In this document: in pieces, positions 12,601 to 25,600 of the stretch
Numbering within the stretch: position 1 is the first letter of the stretch
Layout: every line of letters begins with the position of its first letter
Assembly (NCBI GenBank): GCA_051362555.1
Contig: CM120641.1
Span: forward strand, 9,486,001-9,550,000
Direction of reading: 5' to 3'
DNA length: 64,000 nt
DNA from: Lingula anatina
Taxonomy: Eukaryota > Animalia > Brachiopoda
The notes under the pieces: generated by a model
Databases searched by the model: none
Told to the model about the DNA's origin: nothing
Seen by the model: the letters and a program-made list of their open reading frames with translations, nothing else
Translations under genes and position numbers: made by a program

Positions 12601-15600
12601 AATGGGATCACCTTTAAGATCTGATTAAAACTAACTTTAAGTTTTAATGCCTATATGGCAGAGAGTTTTGAAGAAAACATTCTGTAGTAACAGTAGTTAC
12701 CCAGGCATATAAATAATTGGCTTTAAGAAGTAGGGTTAAAATATTGGTGCAATATTCCCCATTGAAATAGTTTTTGATATGAAAATATTTTCAGAGCTTT
12801 TCTTTAAAGCTAGGAGTTAACAGTCTTCTCATTCATTAAAAATTGTATCAAAAATAGTTTTGTGATGTCAATAATCACAAAATTGTTTTTGTAATTTTAG
12901 ACAAAAATGCCTGTTGTGCCATCTTATTTTTTGTAACTAAAAGCCATAATGTAGATTAAGTTTTTTTTCTGCTGAAATAGAGTTAGTAAGAATCTCAATT
13001 TTTTGTTTGTTTTTTTACCTATTTTCTTTATTCCCTTTTTTAATGTAGAAAGGAAGCATCAGTTCCTGTAGAAAAAAAGATTTCTTCTAGAAAATGTTTT
13101 CATAAATTACTTGATGGGAAGTTCTCTGGGTAACTGCAGTGGATTTTACTGTAAATCCAAACCTGATAACAGTGATGTTTCTGTGCCACATTGTTGTATT
13201 GCCCTGTAGTGACGCACGTTGTGGACATTAAACAGCAGTGAAGAAGGAGATAGTGAAAAAAGAAACATTTCTGTTATTAACTTCCTTGTGGCAGTGTGGT
13301 ACACTGGCTGTTATCTCAAAAGGAATTGAATAAGTCCAAGATATGAGCTGAGATTATTTGGTTTATCTGCAAACCAAAGTTGCATTTACAATGGAAGAAA
13401 GAGAGCTTCAAAGATGGAGAAAATAATGTGTGTAATTGTGTTTTGATTTATGAAACTAACTAGGTATTGCTATCTTTCTTTTGTGTATTATTTATTGTAG
13501 GACCTGCTGTTAGTTAGCCATTTTCTTGTCTGTTTTAGTAACTGGATTATATTCTTGTTGATAACTAACTTATCACCAAGATCTTACTTTTATGACTGAA
13601 TAGTTGCTTCAAAGTTTTTTAAATCTGATTATTTAGGAAATGTTTTAAGCTTTTAACATGAATGTTTTTTCGACTATTACGAAAATTCTTTTGATGTAAA
13701 TGGATATTCTTATCCATCATTTCTTCTTCTTGAAAATCTATGAGGAATTCATTTGTATCAATAGAATATTGTTTTTCGATATGGTCTTTTGGTAAATGTC
13801 TAATTTAATACTATGAAATGTTATGCTTCTAACATATATTTGTGTTTGAGCTTCTGAGTAAAATAAAAAATTATATTTAAAAAAAATAGATTTTTGAAAG
13901 CTACTCACACTGTATTTTTTTTTTCTGAAAAACAATCAGTTTTGTTGAAAAACAAAAAGTTATGTTCAGTATATATCATTTAAAACTTTGCTTCTTTTTA
14001 ACAAAGGAATTAATAGAAAGGTGCCTTGTCAATTTTCTCAGTAAAAACTTAAAACTTCAGGCAAACTGCCTTTCTTAGTCCATGCCCATGTGGGAACTTA
14101 ATTTGGTCAAAGCACTGGATTTGTTTCAACCAATCTGATTTAGCTTAAAACTTGTGTCTTAGTCAGAAAGGCAGATAACAGGCTTGTTTTTGCCCTAGGA
14201 TATGATTATATTTCAATTAATGAAAATTACTTTCAAGTCATAAATTTAATTTTGGGTTATTCAATTTTTGATTCTGAATCTACAAAAACAGGTAGCAAAT
14301 ACCATATTTATCAAAAGATTTACTAGAAGGTATTAATAATTAAATTCATAATCTTATGTGTTTTATTTCAATTACAATTATTAAAATTAACACGTATAAA
14401 GAGAAAGATTTTGTCTCAAAACATCAACTGTTAAATGCATTTTAGAAAAATGAAAAAAAAGCAGGAAGAAATATTTATTTGGCATATACATGTTTCTTTT
14501 GTCACAACATTTTTGTTTTCTTTTGGGATAATAAACGAAAAAAGAAAAGTAGGAAATTTTTTGATACACAAAAAAAAAATCTTCATAAACAAATTCATTT
14601 GATTGACCATCAGCATTCTGAGTGCTAAGAGTGAAAAAAGGGTGATTTATTTAGAAGAGTAGGTGGAAGCCTTTGTTGGAATTACATTCTCCACGAACAA
14701 GCACAGGGTGTGGAAAGGCTAAAATTTGGCATTATATACATAGTTAAATGCTTTTCCTGATTTTGTTTTGAGTTGAGATATTTTGAGTTTACCAAACCAG
14801 CCACTTAAACACTGAGTGACTGATAAGGACTCTTTTGATACATTACCCCCCAAGGAAAAAACATTGTTTATTGAAACACTGTGGCTTTATTTAGATCTCT
14901 TAAGTATTTGATTACCTGCTTGCTTTCATGTTTGTCAACCTCAGAGTCTGGTCAGTTCACCCTGTGGTATGTTTTGTGGAGTTCTTGTCAAAACTTTAAG
15001 GTTAAAAGATTTAAAGACCAGGCTTTTGTGATTGCCAAGGGATAGAGGAGGGAGGAGGGGGAGGGGGCAAAAATTGTTTAGAGTTCTTTTTGACAGTGTT
15101 ATATCATCAGACTCTTAAACAAGCTTGTACTTTCCTTCTGTTGAGTTTCATTGTCATCTCAGAGGCCCACCTGGGTCCTGTTCCGCAGAAATACCCCCTG
15201 CATGAGGAAATTTCATGCACATTTGTGCATGCTTTTTTTGCATTTGTGCCTCATCAGTTTTACCCAGCAAGAAAAAACACACACTGCGTTTGATCTATCT
15301 TTGAAGTTGTTGTGCTGACCGATCCTATTTACTGGTTTTGAGATGAAGTTGCATGTCATGGGCATGCCCTGAAGGCTTTGTTGCTTCACTGTACTAAACT
15401 TAGCTAGAATTATGGCGATTCAAACAAGTTTTGTGTGATTCAGCAGCAGCTTTAACTAGAAAGGTGGAAGATTTTTTTTCTGCAGTGTTTCATTGAGTAA
15501 GATGTGTTTTTACAGAGTAAACTAGAGTGACAAGCATATAACCTGTCCCACAGGAAGCACTGAGCTTGGTTTTTTGTGGTGATATGCAGTCATCTCACAT

Positions 15601-18480
15601 TTGAGCTCTCAAGCAGAAAACCTACCTCCTGAAGCTGAAAATGCTGTTATTTGTAGTAAAGAAGGATCCCTAGAAGGGGGAAACTTTATATCAGCATAAT
15701 TACTTATAAATTTGTCGCTTCTACCTCATTTTGCGCATCAGCAGCCAACAGGAAAGGGTCTAAAAGAGCAGAAAATGGGTGTAATTTTACAAGATAATTC
15801 CTGACAGGTCCTGGTTGTCATGAAGCAATTTAACTTGCCCAACTTTTTGATACTGCTTTCTAAAGTATAGTGATAAAGTTAATATTTCTTCGAGTTGGTG
15901 TTGACAAAGACTTTTACTAGTCTAGTGCATGGTGGTCTCCAGCCCATTATAGAAAACAAAGAGAGTGTGGTAAGTAAGATTAAAGTGTGTTTGTTGAGAA
16001 ATTGGTGCATTTGCCTGTTGTTGAAACAGATTAAGATAGATTACATGTCTACTGAGGCAGGACTGAAACAGTTTTGCAGACTCTATAAATGTAGTGCTAT
16101 TTTTATTAGCTGCTTTTTTTTGAAGATTCGGATAAATATAGCTGTCATTTTTAAGTGTAACCTTTCATAGAGGTTGCCAAATTCTCACCTGTTTCTCTAA
16201 ATCAAGCTGTTTACCAAAGACTGATCTTGTTCCTGTGACAGTGGCTGTGAAAATATGTATGTTATTCCAGCCAGTTTAAGATGCTCCTTCATTAATATAG
16301 AATTCTAATATCAGATCTAAAACTGTTGTGGATATGCATATGCATAGACTCCATGACATGGGCATCTCTTATTCATTCACAAATTCACAATTGAACAATA
16401 ATATATATCAAATAATTCTTGACATAAAATGATCCTCAAAGTTTAAATGTGTACCTATCACCTTCTAAATGGCCATTTCACTAATAACCACAAGAAACCA
16501 ATGAAAAAGTTTGTTGATATTTTCTGACCAGTAAGTTTTCGAAATAGATGTAACCCCTCCCCGCTGTCCTTTCTCACCTCTCTCTTTGATATATGAAGTG
16601 AGTTAGTTCTATTTCACACTAAAAGCTTTGTGTGAAAAGGGCATAGCTCCTCTAAGTGCTCAGTTACCTCTGCTTTGATAAACTTCAACCACAGAATCAT
16701 CTGTCTTCCTCCATTTTACTAGATTTTTGGTGCAGTGTTTCACTCTCTCCAACCATTTACTGGTCTCTATAACTGGCTAATTTGTAAATAATGTGACCAT
16801 ATTTCAACAACACATCCACAGTAACATATGTTCATTCTACTTTCACCAGTCATTTCATAGCTGAAGAAGCTTTGATGTCTTGTTCTGAAACATGTTGAAT
16901 TTTTTAGAAAGGGGGTGGCCATAATTTTTGCAAAAGAACATATGGCTATGGCGGGTGACGGAATGGGAATTGTACCTTCCTGGGAAGTGATTAAGACTTG
17001 GGATGGAAAACGAGAAAAGCTTTGTCAACTTGAGTTGAAATCTAAACTTGTTTAGCTAGTTCACACCTGTGTTGGAAAGAGAAATCACGAGAGAGAATTT
17101 AGCTTCTACTTTGAAATGTCTGAACAACTGTGCTAAGAATAATGTTTGCTTCTGAGGTCCATTAAGTACAGATGGAATGTTGCTTGTGTGGTAATTTAGA
17201 GGTTTTTTTAGATGGATTTATAACTTCCTTGATAATAAGCTAAAGTAACATGTAAGAGTGACATTTTGATTTGAAAATTTTGTTCAGTATCAATTGATAT
17301 GTCCTTAAAATTTCTTCAGTTTCATAAAAAATAAATTTCAAAAAGATGAAATTCTACAATAAAATAGTGTGCTTTCATTCAATACTTCCCACCAGATGGC
17401 AGCAGTAGGACTGCTCTGTGTACTTTATTGCCTCTCTTGTAGTTCAAACATTTTTTTCATGTGGTTTAGTTAGATTATAGTTGTTAGGGTGCATTTCACC
17501 TTTTTTTCTGGAAGGTTTAATAGAGATACTTTACAGATGTGGGGCTGTATGTTGTAGTGCAGTGGCATGTTTCAAGATATCTGGAAGGAGTGTGGTCCAG
17601 CTTATTTAATGGTGTCCAGTTCTGATTTCTTTTCCATTGTGTTCAGCTTATGAGGAAACTTATTTCACCGATACCATCGGTTGAATTTGAAAATTTGCCT
17701 CAGCTGGTCTGGTCTACCAAATGGGGCTACATATACATATACTATGGCCTAGTACAAGTGTATATTCCCACTGCTGCAGCCAGTGCAATTACAAAAACAA
17801 GTCTTAGGAACAAATAGTTGTAATTGAGAATCAATGAACTCGTAGACTATGACTCTGAGAAAAAAACACTATAATCCTAGCCTTGTTTTCTGACTAGTAA
17901 TTGCTAGAGACAATATGATTATACACGATTGCACAAGAACATTTGATTTACGTAGCCATAACCAGATTATTAGTTTTCTAGACCCAAAATCAATTTCCAA
18001 CAGAAGGTTTGATGCAGAGAGTGCAGACTGTGGAGTAAGATACTTTCATTCTGTGGAGTCCAAAAATGAGCATCTCTAATCTTTGTTAAGCATAAAGCCA
18101 TCTTGAAAAAAATAGAACAAATAGAAATGTTTCATGAAAAATTCAAATTTTGTTCTAAATTGACATTAAGAGCATTGATTTTGAATCACTACACAGTCTG
18201 AAATACAGTATGTGTACAATGTACCAGTAACATTGAAAAACAAGAAAAATTACAATAGCTGTTTATTTGGATCTGGTAATTTTTAAAGATGTCCTTTAGA
18301 AGCATTCTAGAGCTATCATAAGGAAATAGTTTATCTGCTCATTTTATTTAACACTTGCCACACATTTAATAAAACCCATAGATTTTTAGACAATAGGGTG
18401 TTTTTTGTCTTCAGCTTTATATTTACATGTAGTACTTGCTGTATTCCATTTTCATGAATGTTGATAATTCTAACATTATT

Positions 18481-18531
<51 letters not shown>

Positions 18532-18843
18532 TAAAATTTTAATAAATCAAGCTTTCAATTGTCTCAGCTACTAAAAATTATTTCTTTTTCTTTTTAATAG
18601 TTAATAACTCTGGTAACTCTAACATGTATAAATAATATGATTAAAAGGGTCAACAAGAAAATAGAATGACTGTTGACCAACTTTTACTACACATTGATGT
18701 AACTGGGTTTTTTTTTTGGGGGGGGGGTGTCAATTGCTAAAGGTTATTCTGGGGTCATGAGGTCATACAAGGTCATATCAAGATATGAATTGCCCTCTCT
18801 TTCTTTCTTTTTCTCTCTCTCTCTCTTTGTGTGTGTGTGTGTG

Positions 18844-18882
<39 letters not shown>

Positions 18883-19873
18883 AGGAAGAGAGAGAGAGAG
18901 AGACTTAATTTTTTATTCTAAAATGTTCTTCTGATTGTAAGAGCTATCACAAATATGTCACAATTTAGTCAGAGAGACAAGGCAGCCCAGCCATTCTATT
19001 TCGTATAAAAATATGGGTTAGTCTTAAATGAGATGTGCTTGCGCATGTGTACTCAGGCCCTCTCATCACCATCCTCTCATTGCTCCCCCTCCCCCCTCCC
19101 TCCAACTCTTGTGGTAAAGCTTAGATCAGATAAATTTTTTCATAAACTTAAACGGATAACAACTGTTCATATGAGACTTAAAATTCCTCACTAAATACAT
19201 TGTTAACAACACGTACAAATAAAATAAATTCCATTATACCACCAAAATGTCAGTTATCGAAATTATTCTGGAATTTGTGCTTGCCATTGGTCCATGTGGA
19301 CCATCAAAGATGGCTTCCCTCCGTAATAATCTCTTAAGATATTATTACTGCTTATTACAGAAGATGTTTTTATCTCTTAAGAGATTATTACAGAAAAAAA
19401 AACTACTGGAAAAAAAACAATTGACTAAGTTTGAATGTTGGAACCACTTCATTAACCATTGGAAAGTATGGGAAAATTGTCATTTACTACAGGAAAATCA
19501 GTTTTATGGCACTTTTCCCTCCATTATTATATTTATTTATTTATTTATTTATTTATTTATAAAATTTTAATAAATCAAGCTTTCAATTGTCTCAGCTACT
19601 AAAAATTATTTCTTTTTCTTTTTAATAGTTAATAACTCTGGTAACTCTAACATGTATAAATAATATGATTAAAAGGGTCAACAAGAAAATAGAATGACTG
19701 TTGACCAACTTTTACTACACATTGATGTAACTGGGTTTTTTTTTTTTTGGGGGGGGGTGTCAATTGCTAAAGGTTATTCTGGGGTCATGAGGTCATACAA
19801 GGTCATATCAAGATATGAATTGCCCTCTCTTTCTTTCTTTTTCTCTCTCTCTCTCTTTGTGTGTGTGTGTGTG

Positions 19874-19912
<39 letters not shown>

Positions 19913-22617
19913 AGGAAGAGAGAGAGAGAGAGACTTAATTTTTTATTCTAAAATGTTCTTCTGATTGTAAGAGCTATCACAAATATGTCACAATTTAGTC
20001 AGAGAGACAAGGCAGCCCAGCCATTCTATTTCGTATAAAAATATGGGTTAGTCTTAAATGAGATGTGCTTGCGCATGTGTACTCAGGCCCTCTCATCACC
20101 ATCCTCTCATTGCTCCCCCTCCCCCCTCCCTCCAACTCTTGTGGTAAAGCTTAGATCAGATAAATTTTTTCATAAACTTAAACGGATAACAACTGTTCAT
20201 ATGAGACTTAAAATTCCTCACTAAATACATTGTTAACAACACGTACAAATAAAATAAATTCCATTATACCACCAAAATGTCAGTTATCGAAATTATTCTG
20301 GAATTTGTGCTTGCCATTGGTCCATGTGGACCATCAAAGATGGCTTCCCTCCGTAATAATCTCTTAAGATATTATTACTGCTTATTACAGAAGATGTTTT
20401 TATCTCTTAAGAGATTATTACAGAAAAAAAAACTACTGGAAAAAAAACAATTGACTAAGTTTGAATGTTGGAACCACTTCATTAACCATTGGAAAGTATG
20501 GGAAAATTGTCATTTACTACAGGAAAATCAGTTTTATGGCACTTTTCCCTCCAAATTAAGAGTTGTCATCCTTTTCACGTAAGGAACTACATGTTAAATG
20601 AGGTTTTGACATACCTTTGTTTTGCAGTACATTCACTTGATACCAGATAATATACATACAATTTGCTGTGGTCAGTTGTTCATGTTATATTGTATTTTAG
20701 TTCTCTTGCACTGTACATGGCAATAATTGAACAGTTTTTACGGTCTGGATACCTATATACATGTATATGCCAATATATATTATTATAATGATAATAATGA
20801 TAATGAATTTCTAGTTCAGATAACAGTTTGGTAGAACAATATATTATTATCAATTTACCACATAAATTTAAGGTTCACAGACACTACAACAGAGTCTGCA
20901 CTCGCTAATCTTTTGGATGCACTCAGTTGCTTTTGGAGTCTAATTTTTCAATTTTTTTGCCAATATGCACTGACTAGCACTTTGTCTACTTGGCTACAGA
21001 ATGGTAAAGGAATATGATAAGCATGAAACACAAACCAGAATGAAACATTTGCAGTTACCCAAATAACCAGTCGCATCGTATTTTGTCAATGGTAAGAATA
21101 GTACATCACAAAGTACCATTACGTAAAAGAGGTATATTTCTCTGATTTCTCGATAGAGCATCGAGATATTAGGAGAGATTTGATCAGTTTTGTGGGGGCA
21201 AGTGCAACAACTTTGATTATTTTGTAAGAAATAGAGAAAAAACAATGTTTACATTGCAGTGAGCATTTTGTTGTGATTGGTCGTTGCTGGACTGGTGTTT
21301 AAGTTGGCACTTTGATCCAGTTTTGAATGGCATTGAGCACTAGGCCCATACATTCCCATGTAGAAGGTTACTAGTGTGTGGTCCCATAGGGTGATGAGTT
21401 GATGGGCCTTAATCCCATCACTTTCGGTACCTGGTTCAGCCATACATTGCCTCTGTTAATGGTCAGTTAGGTTACACATCAATGTGTTTATCTAGTCACT
21501 TCCTCTTACCCCCTTCCCTGCCTTGCTTCAGTGCCCCTTTTCCACACTGGGATCAATCTACCTTGATGTTGCAGCATGCTTATTACTGCAGATGGCTGAC
21601 TCAATTGGGTTGTAATCCCAAGCAGATTGGTTAAACTTGATCCAAAGTCATGACAAATTGAACCTGACAAAGCCCACTTTTCCTGTTTTTAAGGTAGTTT
21701 GTTGTAAATGTAGACATAAACCTGTCACCCAATATGCTGCAGTCTGTAATATAAACTGTTGTTTTTATTTGGAATTAAACTGGAGATTGATGCAACAGAA
21801 ATGGGTCGATATTTTTTCAATTTAAAAATACTATAATGTTTAGTGTTACCTTTGGCTGTTTCCCAGCAAACTTGCTAATTTTATCACAAATGAGTTATTC
21901 CATGATTTGTGGAGACTAAAAAATTCTCCCCAAATCCATCCCCCTCCCACACCCACCCCTTCCTAGATGTTCACTTTGGTGAATGTCTGGTTACATACTT
22001 TTGTTTTGAAATGGTGCAAAAAGCTTCCTATTCAGCAATTTTGGTTGTTCTGTTATACATTTAGGCTACAGTTGTTTTATATGCTGAGGGATCAATATGT
22101 ATTGGCTGCATTTCATACTTGAACGTGTTGAAGTATATGCCAGATTGATTTTGGTGATGTAAAAGAGGACACATTTTTATCTGTCTGACAGAAAAACATT
22201 TTCCATAGAATGATACTCGTTCAATTTGTATGTTATTTGCATTACGAGTGCATCTGTTCAGAAATTTAACTCTCACCTAATTTTTCGCGTGTGCAACATA
22301 TGTTATAACAGTAATATAGAAAATTTTTCACCTACAAACAGTGTACTAATACTAGTAGATCTAAACCCATCAGCACAAAATAAGTTTTAAAGCTTTGTTG
22401 CCCCTGATGCCCCTTTTTTTTATTTCAAGAAAAAGTCTTCTGTGTCCAGTAGGGCCTACTGACAGCTGTATGCAACTGTTACAAGCTGCCACGCTAGAGT
22501 TGATTTTGGCAAAGTTGCCTTGGTGTTTTCTTGCAGAGAAGAGGTTGCAGCTGCAATCGTGTGAGATCCATAAAGCTGGTTCCAGCTGCCTGACACATAC
22601 AACACCAAGCAAATTCA

Positions 22618-22668
<51 letters not shown>

Positions 22669-25600
22669 ATGCCCGTAGTCTGCCGTTTTAAAGGGGGGTC
22701 TTTTTCTGTGAAAGAGGACCTTTTACTATGATACCGTTGCGCACCTAGATCAAAGTTTTATCTGGCAAAAATGGCAGTTTGTTTCACCTCCCCCCCCCCA
22801 CCCCGCTTATTGGCCTTATGGTGAGTGTGAAAGTGTATATGTGTGCATTTTACCAAGTGACTAAAATGTGATGATTATGACCATGATTACTAAAAGCACT
22901 GTAATTTTTTTAATTCCATTGGAAAATTACTTACCTAGACATACATAATTTCCCAAGCTCATTATTTATTTATTTATCTCTTTTTTTTTCTTGGAGGCCT
23001 TTTTTTGCGTTTTCAACGGAAGCATCTCCTGAATGCTGGATGTATATAAAGAGTAGCACATTTTTGGTCTGAAAAGCATTTGTCAATCTGTAACTGTGTT
23101 TATTAGCACTGGATATCTTCTCCATGCTGTCTTTCATCTACCTCATTTACACCAATTTGTTAAACTCCCTTCAAGCCTTGGTTACATTTTGTGGTTTGCT
23201 ATAACATTGTGGAAAACTAAGGGAGCTCTTTTCATCCAAATGTTTACTAAAGATTTTCACAGGTTGTCAAAAAGTTGATGAATGCTCGTTGTGCCCCTAG
23301 CTACGTCAGTTCCCCCTTCTCTGACAGGTGCATTCTCCATCACTAAGCCGATGACACCATTTACCTCTGGATGAGCTATGGAAAGGGATCTGCTAGAAAT
23401 AATATTTACATTTTTGCTGGTCATAATTCAAAAACCCTTCATGGAAGGTTACACTAACATTAGCACAGGTATGAGGGGTGAGAGTAAACACACTATCCTA
23501 GCTGCTCCCGTGCTTTGCATGTCAAATATTGTGAAAAGATATTCATATTGGTGACAAGAAAGTATTGAGCGCAGTGCCTGAAGGGGTGGAAGAAGTTGTC
23601 GAGAAATACAATGTTGTACTCTGAGATGGAGTATTAATGGATACAACAAACAAAATGGCGAGGGTTTAGACACTAAACGTCTGATTGAACAAGGAAAGAA
23701 AACTGGATAGAGTTTGCAAATATTGGTGAATAAAGAAAACTTTTCACCCATTTCCTGTTAACACAAATCCCTGAAAAGTCCCAGCTTTCCTTGCGTACAG
23801 ATGGCTTTCGGGAAGGAAATTGGCTCCAGTACTTCTTGGCAATTATGGTTAGATACACTTACACAAGTTTACATTTTGCAGGAATTTGAGCTGTTGTGGA
23901 ATTTGTGTGGTTCGAGGGCAAAATGCATTGAAAGGAACTCCTTTAACATTGTAATCTAATGACCAGGTGTTTGGTCCATATTAATTTATTAGTTCAGTCT
24001 TACTTGGGGGAAAGCATTCAACCTGAGCTTAATACATTTTCCCAGACACCTTGTTCTAACATAAGCTTCTTCTTCATCTTCTCAGATCTCTGCCTGCTTG
24101 ATGTTGTTGTTTTTCTCTTGCCCAGCATGAAACTGTTGTCTTTTCATTATTTTGTGTCGGTTTAATTTGTGTTGTTCCATCTATCAGTCATTTACGCAGT
24201 AATTTGATTTCAGTCTTATCTGTATCAACTCTAAACATGTTTCTTGTGTCAAGTACAGTTGATCAGCCCCGCTTGGTATAACACTTAGCACATACTTGTG
24301 AACAAGAGTGCAAATTTCTCTTCATATTTACCCAGGAGTTTTATCTTTGCTTGTGCACGTGTGTTTAGATTTGAGATAGAGGTAACTGAAGCCATTGCAT
24401 CTAGAGGGTGTGTACCGGCCAGCACTTCTGACCCTCCCTTCACAGGCCAGGTGTTAGAAAGGCCCATTAGGAGAAGACTGTGAATAAGGGGTCAAGCATA
24501 GGTGCATGACTCTTGTTCATGCATGTTAGCCCACCTGTATCGTCTGTGTTGAGACTAGACACAGCAGGTGTTGTGCCCCTTGTTGGTTTCTCCCACAATA
24601 CTCAGAATGTCAGTGTTTGCAGATTGCGGCATTGTGGCAATGAAAAGAAGGTTCCATTGAAGCGATGTTTCCTATCAATTTCCACATCCCACACAATGAG
24701 AAATTTAACTTTGTGTTATTTTGCTTGTACATGTGTGAAAGGGGATCAAATGTCCCTAATGCCTATGCTCCATTAGGTTGGCTTTCATCCTTCTCCTCCC
24801 CTTTAGGCAGTAAGAATACAAGCAATGAACAGATCCTTTCTTCAGGTACACTATTTATTTAGAATGGCAACAAACAGAGGGAAGGTGCATAAAACCAAGG
24901 TAGTGATCCTTGAATGATTGTGCCTTGACTGTTCAGAAAAGCTACTAGCGATATAAAACAGAGGGAGAATCAGATATGTTGTGAATAAATATGTAGACAG
25001 GAAAGTGAGGAAAATGGAAGGTGAAATTGGGCAATTTTCTTTCTCTGTTGCATTGACAGACATCTGTCAGAGTTTTTGCACTGTAGTAATGGAGGAAGTA
25101 AATTTTGACACCCGTAAACACAGGTCAAGTGTATCGCCTTCAGGAGGGTTACCACACGGCAGGAGCTGCTAAGACAAAGAAACGTTCTGCCAAACCAAAA
25201 AGAGCAAGGTACTCCTCTTGCCAGTCAATAAGCAGCTCTATAAAATTGGCTAGAGCTGCTTGAAAGTGTCAGTTGTGTTTATAGAGGAGTGTATGTGGTT
25301 TCTCGTCCCAGCAGCTTCGTCAACGGCAAACATGCCAAGAAATTGCTGTACGGCATTACCTAAGTGATTGAACAAATCAACCAACTAAATGATAGCTTGC
25401 TCATTGAGCTTCTTTGCTTAACAATTCCTGTTTTTCTTGCTTCTTCAAGAATGCACAGAAATTTTTGAGACAGCAATGTAAAGGTTTTGTAAACTTTTGT
25501 GTTAGCTTCCTTATAACCCCCTGGGGAAATCACAAGAGACCACAACTATGTAATATTATGTTACCACTGAGTCTGCCAAAGTCTCTGTGGAGATTATCAG

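Noticed and set aside
18727-20582. Duplicated ORFs (64-107 aa) in the tandem repeat
   Set aside because: Encoded by microsatellites and AT-rich DNA, no domain motifs; identity reflects the duplication only.
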